Shown here piece by piece: positions 37,912-50,640 of a DNA stretch of 64,000 nucleotides (positions within the stretch are counted from its first letter, which is position 1; the number at the start of each line of letters is the position of its first letter). The notes below the pieces were generated by a model. It worked only from the letters and a program-made list of their open reading frames with translations. It was not told where the DNA came from and did no database searches. The translations under genes and the position numbers were made by a program. Source of the stretch: Hypanus sabinus (lineage: Eukaryota); the NCBI RefSeq assembly GCF_030144855.1, contig NC_082706.1, forward strand, positions 148,614,001-148,678,000, read 5' to 3'.

Positions 37912-38710
37912 TCAGGTTCAAGTTTATTGTTATTCAGCCATATACATGTATACCACCAAATGAAACAACATTCCTCTGGACCAAGGTGCTCAACACAGGA
38001 AGTAATATTACCACAAAGAATAAACTATTCCAGAAGAATGGCATTGAGCATAAGGTGCATTTATGATACAAGTTTTAAAAAGTAAACCATATAATTACTG
38101 ATGCTTCATAAGTGATGAGACCTGGGTGGTGGCAGAGAGTTCAGTAGTCTTGTGGCTTTGGAGGAAAAAGCTGTTTCCCATCCTAGCAGTCCTTGTCTTA
38201 ATGATGTAGTATCTCCTGTATGATGGTAGTGGGTCAAAAAATTGTGGGACAGATGGCAGGGATCCTTGACATTGCTAAGGGCCCTGTGTACACAGTGCTC
38301 CTGATAAATATCTCAGATGGCTGGAAGAGAGACCCAGATGATCCTCTCAACAGTCCTCACAATCCTTTATAGGGTCTTGCAATCAGATGCCCTGCAATTC
38401 CCATAACAGACAGTGATGCGGCTGGTCAGGACACTCTCAATAGTGCTCTTCAGCCTCCTCGAAGTGGTGATGCTGCTGTGCTTTCTTGACTAAAGAGGTG
38501 ATATTGAGGTCATCCATTATGTGCACCCCCAAAAACGTACTGCTCCTAACTCTCCCCATGGCAGAGCTGTTTATGTGCAGTGAAAAGTGATCAGCTTGCC
38601 CCTTCCTAAAATCCACAATCACCTCTTTAGTGTTGACCATGTTGAGACTCAAATTGCTATGCTGATGCCACTCTACCAGCAGTTTTATCTCCTCTCTGTA
38701 CACCGTCTCG
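37912..38710 (-). mobile_element. Rex1/Babar LINE 3' fragment
   Basis: YREEIKLLVEWHQHSNLSLNMVNTKEVIVDFRK..FLGVHI..KKAQQ; tail TCAGGTTCAAGTTTATTG. Confidence 0.88.
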
Positions 38711-38877
38711 TAGAGTGCCCTCAGTACTGCAATAGTGGCTGCTCTGCATTGACCCCCTGAAATTGTCCAAGGAAATAGTAGAGCAGTTGTGATGCTTTGG
38801 TATATTTTAAGAGGCACTCGGCGAGCTTGGTGTTCAGATGGCACTAGCAATATAATTGGGTAGTGCTTTGAATACTT

Positions 38878-41800
38878 ATAGAAACATAGAAAATAGGTGC
38901 AGGAGTAGGTCATTCGGCCCTTCGAGTCTGCACCGCCATTCAGTATGATCATGGCTGATCATCCAACCCTGTACCTGCTTTCTCTCCATACCCCCTGATC
39001 CCTTTAGCCACAAGGGCCATATCTAACTTCCTCTTAAATATAGCCAATGAACCGGCCTCAACTGTTTCCTGTGGCAGAGAATTCCACAGATTCACCACTC
39101 TGTGTGAAGAAGTTTTTCCTCATCTCGGTCCTAAAAGGCTTCCCCTTTATCCTTAAACTGTGACCCCTCGTTCTGAACTTCCCCAACATTGGAAACAATC
39201 TTCCTGCATCTAGTCTGTCCAATCCCTTTAGAATTTTATGCGTTTCAATAAGATCCCCCCTCAATCTTCTAAATTCCAGTGAGTATAAGCCTAGTCGATC
39301 CAGTCTTTCTTCATATGAAAGTCCTGCCATCCCAGGAATCAATCTGGTGAACCTTCTCTGTACTCACTCTATGGCAGGAATGTCTTTCCTCAGATTAGGG
39401 GACCAAAACTGCACACAATATTCTAGGTGCGGTCTCACCAAGGCCTTGTACAACTGCAGTAGAACCTCCCTGCTCCTGTACTCAAATCCTTTTGCTATGA
39501 ATGCCAACATACCATTTGCCTTTTTCACCGCCTGCTGTACCTGCATGCCCACCTTCAATGACTGGTGTACAATGACACGCAGGTCTCGTTGCATCTCCCC
39601 TTTTCTTAATCGGCCACTGTTCAGATAATAATCTATTTTCCTGTTCTTGCAACCAAAGTGGATAACCTCACATTTATCCACATTAAATTGCATCTGCCAT
39701 GAATTTTCCCACTCACCTAACCTATCCAAGTCACCCTGTATCCTCTTAGCATCGTCCTCACAGCTAACACCACTGCCCAGCTTCGTGTCATCCACAATCT
39801 TGGAGATGCTGCATTTAATTCCCTCGTCTAAATCATTAATATATATTGTAAACAACTGGGGTCCCAGCACTGAACCTTGCGGTACGCCACTAGTCACTGT
39901 CTGCCATTCTGAAAAGGTCCCGTTTACTCCCACTCTTTGCTTCCTGTCTACCAATCAATTCTCTATCCACATCAATACCATACCCCCAATACTGTGAGCT
40001 TTAAGTTTGCACACTAATCTCCTGTGTGAGACCTTGTCAAAAGCCTTTTGAAAATCTAAATATACCACATCCACTGGCTCTCCCCTATCAACGCTACTAG
40101 TTACATCTTCAAAAAATTCTATAAGATTCATCAGACATGATTTTCCTTTCACAAATCCATGCTGACTTTGTCCGATGATTTCACCTCTTTCCAAATATGC
40201 TGTTATCACATCTTTGATAACCGACTCTAGCATTTTCCCCACCACCGATGTCAGACTAACCGGTCTATAATTCCCTGGTTTCGCTCTCCCTCCTTTGTTA
40301 AAAAGTGGGGTTACATTAGCCACCCTCCAATCCTCAGGAACTAATCCAGAATCTAAGGAGTTTTTAAAAATTATCACTAATGCATCCATTATTTCTTGGG
40401 CTACTTCTTTAAGCACTCTGGGATGCAGACCATCTGGCCCTGGGGATTTATCTGCCTTTAATCCCTTCAATTTACCTAACACCATCTCCCTATTAACATG
40501 TATTTCCCTCAGTTCCTCCATCTCACTAGACCCTCGGTCCCTTACTATTTCCAGAAGATTATTTATGTCCTCCTTAGTGAAGGCAGAACCAAAGTAGTTA
40601 TTCAATTGGTCTGCCATGTCTTTGTTTCCTATGATCAATTCATCTGTTTCTGACTGTAAAGGACCTACATTTGTCTTGACCAATCTTTTTCTTTTCACAT
40701 ATCTATAAAAGCTTTTACAGTCAGTTTTTATCTTCCCTGCCAGCTTTCTCTCATAATCTTTTTTCCCCTTTCCTAATTAAGCCCTTGTCCTCCTCTGCTG
40801 GTCTCTGAATTTCACCCAGTCCTCAGGTGTGCTGCTTTTTCTGGCTAATTTATATGTTTCTTCTTTGGACTTAATACTATCCCTAATTTCCCTTGTCAGC
40901 CACTGGTGCACTACCTTCCCTGGTTTATTCTTTTGCCAAACTGGGATGAACAATTGTTGTAGTTCATCCATGCAATCTTTAAATGCTTACCAATGCATAT
41001 CCACCATCAACCCTTCAAGTATCATTTGCCAGTCTGTCTTAGCTAATTCACATCTCATATCTTCAAAGTTACCTTTCTTTAAGTTCAGAACCTTTGTTTC
41101 TGAATTAACTATGTCACTCTCCATCTTAATGAAGAATTCCAGCATATTATGGTCACTCTTACCCAAGGGGCTTCACACGTCAAGATTGCTAACTAACCCT
41201 TCCTCATTGCTCAATACCCTATCTAGAATGGCCTGATCTCTAGTTGGTTCCTCGACATGTTGGTTCAGAAAACCATCCCGCATACATTCCAAGAAATCCT
41301 CTTCCTCAGCACCCTTACCAATTTGGTTCACCCAATCTATATGTAAATCGAAGTCACCCATTATAACCACTGTTCCTTTATTGCACGCATTTCTAATTTC
41401 CTGTTTAATACCATCCCAAACCTCACTACTACTGTTAGGTGGCCTGTACACAATTCCCATCAGTGTTTTCTGCCCCTTAGTGTTATGCAGCTCTTACCCA
41501 TATCGATTCCACATCCTCCGGGCTAATGTCCTTCCTTTCTATTGCGTTAATCTCCTCTCTAACCAGCAATGCTACCCCACCTCCTTTTCTTTCCTGTCTA
41601 TCGCTCCTGAATATTGAATATCCCTAGATGTTGAGCTCCCATCCTTGGTCACCCTGGAGCCATGTCTCTGTGATCCCAACTATATCATATTCATTAATAA
41701 CTATCTGCACATTCAATTCATCCACCTTGTTACAAATGCTCCGCGCATTGACACACAAAGCCTTCAGGCTTGTTTTTACAACACTCTTAGCCCTTATACA

Positions 41801-41892
41801 ATTATGTTGAAAAGTGGCTCTTTTTGCTTTTTGCCCTGGATTTGCCTGCCTGCCACTTTTACTTTTCACCTTACTACTTTTTGCTTCTACCC
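38878..41892 (-). mobile_element. Young CR1 LINE with essentially complete ORF2 (EN+RT) broken by a few stops/frameshifts
   Basis: Consecutive ORFs: 41624-41869 (NARSICNKVDEL, GITETWL), 41173-41460 (YRPPN, MGDFD, ILD), 39955-40698, 39364-39954 (PQGSVLGP; FADD mutated to IVDD) and 39058-39342. (TTTCTATG)n tail. Confidence 0.96.
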
Positions 41893-41894
41893 TA

Positions 41895-42400
41895 TAATAT
41901 CATAATATCATGGATTCATAGTCTAACAACAACAAAACAGGTTTTTTTTCACCACATCCATGTAGACCTTTATGTCCATCTACACTAATACCCCTTGCCC
42001 CATAAGGGATGGAATCTTCTAGCTTTGCCTATTAAGTATCTGTCTAAAAGTTTCCTCAATGTAATGACTGTCTGACTCCACCACTTCTTCAGGCAGCAGT
42101 TCCAGTTATCAGCTAACGGTTGTGCAAAAATCTTTTGATTCAATCTTATTCTAATCTTCACTTGTGTTTAAAAGAAGACTGCAGATCTAAAATAAAACCA
42201 AAACTGCTGGAAATAACAGGTCAGGCTCCATCTCTGGAAAGAGAAAATTCCTTCCTTTTAACTTAAATCTAGACCCTTTTGATTTTTGATACCCTTACCA
42301 TGGGATAAGGATTCTATCTACCCTATCCATGCCTCATAAATTTATATATCTCTATCAGATGAAACCATCAACCTTCTTCACTCCCACGAAAACCAGACCC
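41895..42400 (-). mobile_element. Old CR1 3' fragment with short Penelope-like insert (~42175-42245)
   Basis: CTCCACCACTTCTTCAGGCAGC and CTATCTACCCTATCCATGCCTCATAAATTTATA match CR1 3' end sequence. Confidence 0.6.
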
Positions 42401-43129
42401 TGGAGAAAATCTTACCCAGCTTTCCCACATAAGGCAGCAGAGCAGATGCTATTGCTTCTTGGGCAAATGCCAAGAAAGCGTTCTGAATTAAAATAGGACT
42501 ATTATACATTTAACTATATAAAATAGTTATCAGCCAAGAGTCCCTTGGTGTGTTGATTGGTGATATTAAGAATTTTTTCATATAAAGTACTTTTATGGAA
42601 ATAGTGTCAGCAGATAGCGAGAAGACTAGGTCCCAAAGCGGATAATATATGTACATACTATATATTGAACCTCTTGGGAAGTCTGTAATGTAAATGAGAG
42701 AGTGTGAGAAGAGGCAAAAAGATGAGTACTTGTAAAAATGGAGTTAAACCAATTTTTAAAAAAATATATAATCTTGTCTAAAAATAGTAAATTGTGTTCA
42801 TTTGGCACGTTTATAAAGCTAAAAAAAACTCTGCCAAATAATACCAGTCATTATCCTTCATAGCCTTGTTACTAATAAAAATTGAAGTGGTACTTCTGAT
42901 GAAACTTGGATATAATTTTAAGTGTAATTGTTCCTGTGAGAATGAAAATACAATTTTGGGAAAGTTCCATTACAGATGAGGGCCTTGACATTTTCATAGG
43001 ATCTCTCTATCTATCATGTGAGCTTATGATAGCAAGGAGCACCAGCTCGCTGGAACAAAAAATCACACAAACTATCCACCTGCCTGCCCCATCACTCAAT
43101 TCCTGCTGAAGAGTGGAAGAGCATGTTTC

Positions 43130-43615
43130 TATGAAACCACACTGGAATCTAATGGCTCTATGCTGGTTGGGATTGACCCTAGATGTTGTGACCTAGCTGT
43201 CGAAATGGATATGCACACTAGAGCAGTATGATGTGGAGACCAAGCTGCTGCCCATGCAGTTGGCTCTCCCTCTCTACACAGCTGATGAATCCAAAAGAAT
43301 GGCAGAGACAGATACAGTTTGGCACCAGCAGAATTGCAGGAGTTACTGGACAGCATTGAACTCAATGTAAGACTGCCTTAAGGACTCCAGCTCTGGATGT
43401 TTCCTCGGGGTTTACTCCTGAAGGCACCCCCATGAGTGGGTATAGCCGCAAGGCAGTGGAGGTTTGAAATCAGTTTTCATTCTCCTAGCTGAGCTGCCAA
43501 TCATGGCTGACAAGCCCCATCAGCCCAAAACAACTGGTTTTACCCTTTACCCTTCTCCTTGCAGTAGAAACAGTTCTGCTCTGGTTAGTAGCTAAACCAC
43601 ATGTGAAGGCCAGTA
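43130..43615 (-). mobile_element. RTE-clade LINE 5' UTR relic / RTE-derived non-autonomous element
   Basis: The minus strand contains GGCAGCTCAGCTAGGAGAATGAAAACTGATTTCAAACC and CTGCCTTGCGGCTATACCCACTCATGG, resembling RTE 5' motifs as I recall them. No ORF. Confidence 0.5.
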
Positions 43616-43902
43616 CACCCTTCACAGTTGAAACAAGTCATCTTCATTTCTTATAGAAGAAGAGTATCTCTCAACACTGGGATTATGATGGCAGATCTTT
43701 GAAGCTCTGTTAACTGTTTCTACACTTTACCTACCATGCAGTAAGATGGGAGCCTCTATATTAATTTTTGTACTGCTGCTGCACAGTGATTTGTAAGTTA
43801 TTAGTTAAGCCTGAGTTTAACTCAATTATTTATGGGAAAATTGGTCTATTAGGATGTTTCCTTTGTGTAGTAAACCACCTGTAGTCAATGGTCCATTACC
43901 GA

Positions 43903-44066
43903 TGTTCTGTTTGTGCTTAATTTTAATAAAAGTAAACTTGGTGTGGGTAAAACTAACACTAATTATTTACAGTAAAATGACTTCAGACCAACATCACTTC
44001 TGTTTCCGGGTGAACATTTCACACTGGGAACTGAAGTTCTTTATTATGTTCACACATAAAAACACA
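43903..44066 (-). repeat. Gypsy 3' LTR
   Basis: Direct repeat of 48121-48285 (TGTGGGTAAA..TAACAC, AACATCACTTC, GGGAACTGAAG..TTATTATGT) next to the PPT. Left boundary uncertain by ~10 bp. Confidence 0.8.
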
Positions 44067-47000
44067 TCTTTCCCCTTTAAAGGAAAACACAATATTATAT
44101 CCTCATAAACCTGCAAGATACAATAATACTTTCTAACAAAGATTTTTATTAACTTAAATTTAATGAGCAAATACTACCCCTTATTCACTGAGCAACTCTC
44201 AATCAATCTGAGGTGGTTTGATGATCCTTTTGGTCTACTATATGTTTCCACAGATGTATTGCTTTCACTTTCTGTGTTAACATTAGTGTCTTTCAGAGAA
44301 CTCTGAACAACAAGTTTATTCTTCACATCTGGTGGCCTCTTTAGTGAACTGACCGGTGATGTGTTACAGCAATGGGTTGGAGCTTGTGGCCGTAGATCCA
44401 CACGGTTCCTTCTCAGAGATGTTCCTTGCTCTATCTGAATGTGCCAGGAATGTGGAACAACTTACTCTTGCACATAGCCTTGCATGGACCATGTGCCAGA
44501 ATTGTGATCCCAGGTTTGCACTTGATCTCCAGGCTCCAGGACTAGTATGCTTTGGCAGTCTTGTCATGATACTCTTTCTGTTTTTCTTTCCCTTTAGTAA
44601 ATTTGACCTTGTTTGCTCGTTTAGGTATTAACAAGTCTTCATGCACTGGAAGGTTAGTGTGTATGCATCGACCTATCAGCATTTGAGTTGATGAAAGGCC
44701 ATTCTGCAGTGGTGCACTTCTGTAAATCATCAGATTTTTGTGGAAGTCCTCTCATCCATCTTGCACCTTCTTCATAAGGCCCTTCACTACCTTAATGGAT
44801 CCCTCTGCTAGGCCAGTAGATTTTGGGTGTTGTCAGCTTGAAATTTTATGTCAAAAAGCCCAATCATTGGTGAAGGACTCTAATTCGCAGCTCAAAAATT
44901 GCGGACCATTGTGTGATACCACTTCATATGGAACTCCATGCCGCGCAAACTCAGCTTTCAGGAAGATGATGACCACTTTGCTGGACGTTGATGGCAGTGT
45001 TGCAGTCTCTGGGTAATTGGAAATTAGTCTGTTACAACAATATGACTCTTCCTATTATACTCAAATAAATCCACCAACTTTGAAGTAAAGGAGGTGATGT
45101 AAGCGGTTCTGCTTGCTGCTTTGGGTTGTAGATAAGACATATTTCACATGAAGCAGTGGTCTGGCTGATGTCTTGATTCATTCTTGTCCAGTACCTCACT
45201 TCACAGGCTCTTCATTTATATTTTTCCTCACCAAGATGCCTTTCATGTATCTTCTGGACTTGCATAGTGACACTGGAATCAAAAATCTGTTCCCTTCGAA
45301 GATCATATCCTCCACTACTGACAATTCAGCTCTGCATGCCCAACATTGGACAGTCATTCTTAGCTGCTGGCCATCCTTCCTGTATTGTCTCTTTTTGTAC
45401 TTACATTGTTTCATCTGTCCCTGTTGCTGTCCTAATCTGCTATGTTTTATCGAGAGATATTGGAATTGAGGTGACTGTGATGACGACATGAGCCTGTATT
45501 TCAGTGTTAATCTCTTGGTCACTGTTTTCTTCTTTGTTGACTGCTCAAGACAACACATGAGCAGCAAACATCTATTTTCCCCATGTGTAGGTCATCCTCA
45601 CATCATATTTCTGCAGCTTTATCAACATACACTGTATCCTCATGGCTCACGTCCACAGTGTTTGAGACCAGTGGTTTATGGTCTGACTCTACTTTTGAAA
45701 GCTTATTAATGGAACCTTTCATATGCTGGCAAGAAGCTCTCTCTAATTGTGTATAATTGGCTTCTACATTTGTTGAGGCCCTTGATGCACATCCCACAGA
45801 TTATCATGCTGCTGCAGTAGTACTGCTCCAAGGGCATACCAGGACCCATCAGCTGAGATCCTCGTACACCTTTCCGGATCAGAAAACTTCAACATAGGCT
45901 CTTCAGTTGGGATTCTTTTCAGCCTCTGGAAACACTTTCTTCTTGCTTGTGAGACCAAATCCAATCATTTTGCTGTTCAAGGAATGACCTAAGTGGTGCT
46001 GACACAGTAGAGAGTCAACGGATGAACCTAGCAAAGTAAGTCACCATGCCCAGGAAACACCCCTCTCAAAAAAAAAAGAAGTGAGATGGTGGTCCTCTCC
46101 ATGTTCTCAATGGCTGATGTCTTTCTTGGGTTAGTGTTCACTCCCTCTTCCGATATGACATCTATGAAGGACAGTGAATTAACACCAGACTTGCATTTCT
46201 CTTTATTTAATTTCAAACTGACATTCCATGTCACATCTAGCACCTGTTTCAGTCACGTATCATGTTCTTCCTTGGTGGACCCCTAGACAATGATGTCATC
46301 CATCATGGTCTTGACACTAGGTATGCCCTCAAAGATCATGTGGATGGTTTTATGGTAGACTTTGGGTGTGGACAGAATCCTATATGGTAATAGGAGAAAG
46401 CAATATCTACCCTATGGTGAGCTAAAAGTACACAGTCTCAAACTTGCCTCATCAAGCTTCATCTGTCAAAACCCAGACGACAGGTTGAGTTCATTTGGCA
46501 CCTGCAAATTGGGACATGATCTCCTCCTAGTTTGGCTGTCTCTTGATGGCTTAGTTGAGACCTCTTAGGTCTAGGCATATCTGCAATGCTCCGTCTTTCT
46601 TTTGCACAATGACCTGCGAGCTCACCCAGTCTGTTGGTTTTTCAATTTTCTGTATGGCATTTATCTGTTCCATGTATACTAGTTCTTGTTTCAGATTGTA
46701 TCTAAGTATAAAAAGACCTTTCTTGCATGCATGGACAATAGGAGCTACTGTCTCATCTATATGAATGTTGTGTACACCAGGTAAGCAACCAAGCCCCTCA
46801 AAGACATCTGCATAGTCTTCCATGAGTATTGGATGGTCATCCTTGGACTGTGAAGCCACTACGAAAACTCTTTTCATCAGGTTGAGCTTTTCACATGAAC
46901 TCAGACCTAATATTAGGTGTACTCTCTTTTCTGCAACCAGCAGCTGTACTTTTAGGTGTCACTATACAGCCCCCTTTAACTGAAACGTTCTCTCAGTATA

Positions 47001-48120
47001 TCCTGACACTTTTAATTTCACTGGGTAAATCTTGTTCTTTACTTTGAGTGTCTTGTAATCATCCATGGATAACAGATTCACCTGGAATGCTGTGTCAAGC
47101 TCGAATGGAATTACTGTCTCATTCACAGTCACTGGAACAATCCATTCTGTTTTACCAGCACCAGCCGTCTGTAGAGAATCCACAAAGACTTCTGCCATGT
47201 CACCTTTGTCATGTCACCATGTCACCTCTGCCAGTTTGCACCTTTCTCTTGGCAGCCCCAACTTCGCAATATTCTGCAAAATGATTCTTCCCACCATTGT
47301 TGCAAACCTTTCCATAAGCAGGACATTTCTTTGGGATGTGCCTACCTCCAAATTTGCTTCATTTTATGTTTGATCCTCCCTCTGTGCTCTGCTGTTGCTT
47401 CAGGAAACACCTTGTGCTCTTCCCCTCTCTTTTCACAGCATGCGCTGTTGTTTCTGCTCTGTGCAGCTCCTTAGCTTGAGATTGTGTGGTTTCTGTTGCC
47501 CTGCACATAACCACACTCTTTTCCAGTGTTGAATCTTTCTCATGGAGCAATATTTCTGAGCCCATTATTTGAAGATCCACAAACTATTTTGTCTCTAACT
47601 AGTGAATTTCTCAAATCTCCAAACTCTCAGGACTTAGAGTGTAAATTTCAGTTAAGTTTCGGTCAAAGTTAACAGGAAAAAACATTTCTCTCAAACCTGA
47701 TGTTTTTGCTTGGGACACAATACTCATCAAATTTTGTCATTAGTGTCCAATGTCAAGGCTTTCTCATCAACTTGAAGGCTATTTATAAATGTCCAAATTA
47801 ACTTGCCAACTATATGCAGAAAGATAGACACTTTCAATTTTTCATCTGCACCTCTGGCTCTACTTGCTGATACGTATATTTTGAATCGCTGTTTCAAGCA
47901 TTTCCATTTATCATTTAGATTGCCAGTAAACTGCATAGGTGCGGAAGGACTGAGCTTATACATCATTGGCCGGCAACTTCTTTCGGCTGACCTCACTTCT
48001 AGTAGAGTCTTTTTCCACACCACTCCCCCCCCCCCCCCCCAATCGGAACTAGCATCTCTTTTTCAGCCATGTATGGCTCATTTATTCTGTGTTTAGACCT
48101 CATGCCGACTTCTGACATCT

Positions 48121-48285
48121 TGTGTTCTTGACAAAGGACAAACTTTGTGTGGGTAAACCTAACACACATTTACTTACAGTAAGCTGGCCTCAGCCCACCA
48201 ACATCACTTCAGGTTCCAGATGAACTGCCCACATTGCACACAGGGAACTGAAGGTTTTTTTTTATTATGTACACACAATAACACC
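48121..48285 (-). repeat. Gypsy 5' LTR
   Basis: Starts TGTGTT immediately after the PBS complement ACTTCTGACATCT; homologous to 43903-44066. Confidence 0.8.
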
Positions 48286-48419
48286 CGACTAAGGTATTTT
48301 GTAGTTTTTTTTTGGTTTTGTGCTTTGCCATGAATAAGTAGTTAAATGGTCACTGGGCATCACCAGTGCCATCTTAAACTGATAAAAATCAGAAAAACTA
48401 AGTTCAGGGAAGTTCAAAT

Positions 48420-48565
48420 TAAAGTAGAAAATGCTCAACAGGTCAGGCAGCATCTGTTGGAAGGGATATAGTTTTGGTTTTAGGAAGCATCCCTGACTTG
48501 AAATATTAACTATTCCTCTTTTCATGAATGCTGTCTGACTTGCAGAGTATTTCTGGCATTTTCTA
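48420..48565. mobile_element. Penelope-like relic in inverted arrangement
   Basis: AGAAAATGCTCAACAGGTCAGGCAGCATC is inverted relative to ATGCTGTCTGACTTGCAGAGTATTTCTGGCATTTTCT; same family as 37272 and 13795. Confidence 0.55.
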
Positions 48566-49159
48566 ATACAGATGGATTTTATACAGTCTGATGGGACAAG
48601 TAATTGAGGTGTTGGGGATTTTGTAGACTCTCCTACTGCTTACATTTCATCTCTGCGTGCTCCTATCTTTGAGACTCATTTCTCTCTTTGATGGCCTTTC
48701 TCCTTTCTGGGCAATCCCTAGCTTGAGATTCACATGAATCAGGGAGAATGTTAGAAACTTTTAATGAAACTTTGAGAACATTGAAGATTTTTTTTTGTTC
48801 TCTTGGAAGTCAATTACAATGCTTAGTTCAGAGTGCTTGCTTTGGGAGTCTAGTGTCAGGCATGCAGATGATGTGGCCTGCTCTATAAGAGCTTACTGAA
48901 CATCATCAGACCCCTGATATGGTGAAAGCTGGCATTAGCTTACTGTCAATGGGTTTGGAGGATTTTGCAGAGACAGCACTGGTGATACTTCTCCGGTGCA
49001 CTGTGACACGTATTGTGGATTCCTCATGTCTCAAGCACACAATAAAATGTACAGAAGCTTGTTGCTGGGTTTGAGGATTTGATCTTTGAATTTGCTTTTC
49101 CTCATTTAGCCAAAGGCTGCAATATACATTCTTCAAGAGAGTAAACCTCTGAATTGCTT

Positions 49160-50640
49160 CTGGTCCAGGTGGCATACCTGCATGGACCAACTAGCTGGCG
49201 TATTTGTGGACATATTCAACCTATAGATTCTGCGGTCTGGGGTTACCACATGCTTTAAAAAGGCATCTATTGTAGCAGTAACACAAAGAATATGACTTGC
49301 CTCAATGACTACCTAACATTGCTCTAGCATTAACATCAACTCTAATGAAGTGCTTCAAGTTGTTGACACAAATCAACAAATCAACTGTCTCTGAAATTAT
49401 TTGGATCCATTTCAATCTGCCTTTTGCCATAACAAGTCAGCAGCAGATGCAATTTCTCTGACTCTTCTCTCTCTTCTGGACTACCTGCACTACAGGAAAA
49501 TCCACGACAGGTTGCTGTTCATAGATGGCATCTGGCATTCAACACAATCATTCCACCCAGACTCATCAGGCTCTAAGATCTGAGCCTCTGGACTTCCCTC
49601 CGCAACTGGATTGACAACATCCTTACCCGCTGACCACAATAAGTAAGGATTTGTAACAATGTCTTCTCCTCCCTGATACAGGTGCACCTCGAGCCTATGT
49701 GTTTAGCCTCTGCTCATCTCCCTAATCACCTATGACTGTGTAACTAAGCACAGGTCCAATGCCATATACTGATGACATCACTGTTTTTGGATGAATCACA
49801 GATGCTGAATAATTAGAGCACTTGAGCAAGATATTACACCTATTTGAGGTGTAATTACAACAACCCTTGCTTAACATCTGTAAACTAAGGAACTGATTGT
49901 TTGTTTCAGGAAGGGGAAAGTGGATGAATATGTTCCAGGCTCAGTAGTGAATCAGTGGTGGAGCAGGTCAGCAGTTCTAAATTCCTAAGATTTAACATAT
50001 CAGATCACTTGGACCTAACACAGATATAATAAAGGAGGTGTGCCAGCATTAGAAGGCTAAGGAGGCTAAGGCATGTCATTGAAAACTCTAAGATATGCTC
50101 TGTAGATGTAGTGTTGAAAGTATGCTAACTGGCTGCATCATGGTCTGGTACAGCAATTTGAAAGTACAGAAATGCAAGAAGTTACATAGAGTAGTGAACT
50201 CTACCCAATACATCAAGGGCACATCTCTCCACACCATCAGTATCAACAGTAGTTGTGAGTCACTGGCAAGATAAGGCAATATCCTTCTCATCCAGGCTAT
50301 TCCAGTCATCTTACAATTAGCATCAGGCCAGAGATGCTGAAACCTGAAATCCCATCATGTTCAAACAGCTACAGTACTTCCTTTCAACAATTTGGCTCCT
50401 GCACAAACCTAATCATTATCTCAGTATAGCAACATTCTGACAACTTAGAACCATTTTACATTGCAATAGACTTTCTTCTAATTGTGTTCCTTTAGTAAAG
50501 ACTGTGCATGATGCACATTTTAATTTGTTTTTCTTGTGAACATTGTGTGTCTGATGCTGCTGCAAGCAACTTTTTCATTGTGCTTGTGCACGTGTGTAAT
50601 AGTACAGATGACAAACTCGGTTTTATCACTTTGACTTTCA
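49160..50640 (+). mobile_element. Old Rex1/Babar LINE (RT plus 3' UTR)
   Basis: DPFQSAFCHNKSAADAISLTL..RLLFID; homologous throughout to 60071-60973. Confidence 0.85.

Larger units (their letters stand above)
43903..48285 (-). mobile_element. Decayed full-length Gypsy/Ty3 LTR retrotransposon
   Basis: Domain order on the minus strand: gag (47727-48023), CCHC knuckle (~47260-47330), protease ELDTAFQVNLL, RT (TDWVSS, ICLDLRGLN, MMDDIIV), RNase H (ISADGSWYALGAVLLQ, SDHKPL), integrase. PBS-like sequence at 48108-48120 and PPT at 44067-44080. Confidence 0.92.

Noticed and set aside
38878-41892. Intact autonomous CR1
   Set aside because: ORF1 is missing, ORF2 has stops and frameshifts, and the FADD motif is altered to IVDD.
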